DNA from: Isurus oxyrinchus
Taxonomy: Eukaryota
NCBI GenBank assembly: GCA_026770705.1
Contig: JANJGN010000002.1
Location: forward strand, 222,580,001 to 222,644,000
Direction: 5' to 3'
Length of the DNA: 64,000 bases
Both the position numbers and the translations under genes were made by a program. The notes under the pieces are model-generated. The model worked only from the letters and a program-made list of their open reading frames with translations, was not told where the DNA came from and ran no database searches. Positions 61,011 to 64,000 of this stretch are shown one piece after another. Numbering within the stretch: the stretch's first letter is position 1; every line of letters begins with the position of its first letter.

Positions 61011-62134
61011 AACATACATACCACTTCATCAAGATTTTCTGGAGGTACATACTCACCTCTCTCTTGAATTTGTTGATACAATCAACCTCCACTATCTCCC
61101 TTGGCAATTCATTCCTTTTATCACTACTCTATATGTAAATAGCTAAATCTAAGCAATATTTTCATCTTTCCCCTTCAGTTTGTGCCCATGAATTTGAGAC
61201 TGGTAAAAATATTGGTTTAGAATTTCCTGTATATTTGCACCCAGAGACACTTGCAATCAGGTGTAAAGCAAATACTGAGAGGAAAAGATCAAGGAAACTC
61301 ATGTGTAAATGTGTTGCACATGCAATTATTCTTTGCCCGAAGTTCATCGCCTTTTTGCGCCCACCTATTGATCCACAAATGCATCTGAGCTCATTATAAT
61401 AGCTCCACCTCTAGACTAAAGTCCCATACATATGAGTTTCCTGCAAATTTGCTGGTTTGAACTGGGTGTAAAATTAAGCTGCGAATGTCAGGTGCAGCAC
61501 AAAAAAGCCATTTCTCTGGTGTCATGTCCTGATTTTTTTTTGAGCGATTTCTGTTTATTTATCCTTACGGATACCTGCTCTGTATTTTCTCTTTCATCAC
61601 ATGTATTTTGATAAGTCCCATTAAACTGTGAAAAGCATCCACAATTGTATATTCTTAACCATGCTGTGCCTAATGTGCATGAATGATGGGTAGATGGCTT
61701 GAAACGTTAATTTTCATAAGTAAAGAATGAATATATGCTGGGAGTTTGATGCACTGATAGCCAGTTGCTTACATTGATCTCAACTTGTTTCCAACCATTT
61801 TTTAAGTTCCACCATATTGTAAGAAATGGTATCTGTAATAATATTACAGAATTTTATACCCAAAATCTTACAATGTGTTGATGAGATTGGCATAATGTGT
61901 GTAATTTCGGCTGTAAATTTTTGATTCCCTCAATGTCCTGAGAATTTGCACACAAGGACACACAGACAAGTTCCGCTGTAAAAGATCAAGGAAATTTGGG
62001 CTTGCTCATGTTCTTGCACTATGCCTGACCTCCCGCGATTTTTTTATGCTTGTTCATTAGGGACCTGTGCTCAGGTAGACAATAGTGAATAAATTTCCTT
62101 ATCAAAACTTCCCTTTCTAATTAGGGTAGAGCTG

Positions 62135-64000
62135 AGCCTAGATTCTGGAATGGTCCCAGCAGATTGGAAAACCGCAAACTGCAATGCCTCTATTCAAGAA
62201 AGGAGGGAGACAGAAAGCAGGAAGCTATAGGCCAATTAGCCTAATATCTGTCAGTGGGAAAATGCTGGAAACCATTATTAAGGAAGTAGTAACAGGACAT
62301 TCAGATAATCATAATACAATCAAGCAGAGTCAACATGGTTTTATGAAAGGGGTATTGTGTTTGACTAATTTATTAGACTTCTCTGACAATGTAACAAGCA
62401 GGGTGGAAAAACAGGAACTAGTAGTTGTCATGTATTTGGCTTTGCAAAAGGCACTCGATAAGGTGCCACGTATAAGGTTATGACACCAAATAAGAGCTCA
62501 TGGTGTAGGGGATAATATACTAACATGGATAGAGGATTGGTTAACCAACAGGAAACAGATTCATGATAAATGGGTCATTTTCAGGCTGGCATACTGTTAT
62601 GGAGGGGTGTCGTTGCGATCAGTGTTGGGACCTCAACTATTTACAATCTATATTAATGACTTGGATGAAGGGACTAGCTGTATTGTAGTCTTTGCTGACG
62701 ATATAAAGAGAGGTAGGAAAGCAAGATGCAAAGAGCCAGTAAAGGGGTATAGATAAGTCCAATGAATGCGCAAAAACTTGGCAGATGGAATATAATGTGG
62801 GGCTGTCCACATTGGGGGAAATATATCAAGACACTACATTATTTAAGTGGAGAGAGACAGCAGAACACTGCAGCACAGAGGGATCAGTGTTTCCTTGGCC
62901 AGAAATTTCCCCCCGTTGTGGGGGGGTTGTGCAGGCGCTGATGGGGGCAGGCGCAAACCCAATCGCAGCCATTTTGCACATGCGCGTGAAAGAGCGCAGA
63001 GATCTCCCTGAGGCACAGAGATGCCTCAGGGAGATTTGTTTCAGCCTTAAAGTTTAAAATAAAGGATTGTTAAACTTTTAAAACATGACCCCTCATGTGA
63101 CATTATCACATGAGCTGGCGCATGTCAAAGAATACATGTATAAATTTTTATTAAATTTTAAAACAGTTCATGAAACCTCATCCTGCCCGTGGATGAGGCT
63201 TCATGAAAAATGCAAAGGCCGCCTGGGCTCATCGCTTGCCACCAACCTTGAGGTTGGACGGGCAGCTTATTAAATTGAGCTAATTAGCTTTTAACAGGCC
63301 TTAATGGGCCATTGACAGCGCCTGCTGAACTGACAATCTAAATGACGCACAGTGACGTCGGGGTGCACGCCCTATGTCACCGCGCGTCATTTTACACCTC
63401 GGCAAGCAGACCCCACCCCCCCCCCCCCCCCCCCCCCCCCCGCTTGCCAACAGGAAAATGCTGCCCCTTGTACATGAATCACAGAAAGTTAGCATGTAAG
63501 CACAGCAAATAATTAGCAAGGCAAATGGATTGTTAGCCTTTGTTGAAAAGGGAACGGAATATAAAAGTAGGGAAGTGTTGCTACAACTGTACATGGCTAT
63601 TGTGAGACTGCAGAGTGGACCATGAGAATGTTGCATACAGTTTTGATCTCCTTACTTAAGGAGGGACATACTTGCATTGAAGAAAGATGAGAGAAATGTT
63701 GCTAAGTGGATTTCTGGGGCAAAGAGGTTGTTATATAAGGAAACACTGAGCAGCTTTGGCCACTCATTGGAGTTTAGAAGAATTAAAGGTATTTAAGAGG
63801 CAGCTTGACAAATACATGAATAGGATGGGAATAGAAGGTTACGGACCCCGGAAGTGCAAAATGTTTTAGTTGACGGGCAATATGATCGGCGCAGGATTGG
63901 AGGGCCAAAGGGCCTGTTCCTGTGCTGTACTTTTCTTTGTTCTTTGTTCTTATTCAACTATATAAGGTTTTGAGGGGGCTTGACAGGGTGGATGCTGAGA
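62135..64000 (+). mobile_element. Decayed CR1 RT region with a nested MITE and a nested CR1 tail (~63790-63948)
   Basis: PLFKKGGRQKAGSYRPISL..QHGFMKG..YLALQKALDKVP; FADD at ~62691. Confidence 0.9.
62897..63466. mobile_element. Harbinger-type MITE family A
   Basis: Termini ggccagaaattt / aaaatgctgccc. TSD CTT (62894-62896 / 63467-63469). Confidence 0.9.

Overview
This is eukaryotic, repeat-dense genomic DNA with no intact cellular protein-coding gene that I can support. The repeat repertoire (CR1/HER1-type LINEs, DeuSINE/SacSINE1-like SINEs, Neptune-type Penelope elements, GC-rich Harbinger transposons) points to a cartilaginous fish (shark); that is an inference. Main contents: (1) two large decayed PIF/Harbinger transposons with a convergent Myb/SANT gene and a HARBI1-like DDE transposase (6298-15290, interrupted by nested insertions; 39536-45240, both TIRs present), plus further Myb/SANT relics; (2) five copies of a ~600-700 bp Harbinger-type MITE with three conserved internal palindromes, and three ~125 bp mini-MITEs, with 3-bp TSDs wherever both ends are visible; (3) a TSD-flanked Penelope-like element (17550-19819) with RT/GIY-YIG coding remnant and a long inverted arm, plus many short pLTR fragments carrying minimal hammerhead-ribozyme motifs, several with a non-canonical core position 6; (4) many CR1, L2 and a second LINE-clade fragments, SINEs, candidate solo LTRs, minisatellites and one 130-N gap. 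Most interesting: the subfamily-specific non-canonical hammerheads and HHR-bounded ~100-140 bp units, palindromic pLTR insertions, extra Myb/SANT-like material next to both Harbinger transposase 5' ends, and candidate non-coding minus-strand exons. All alignments were done by eye and boundaries of old repeats are approximate.
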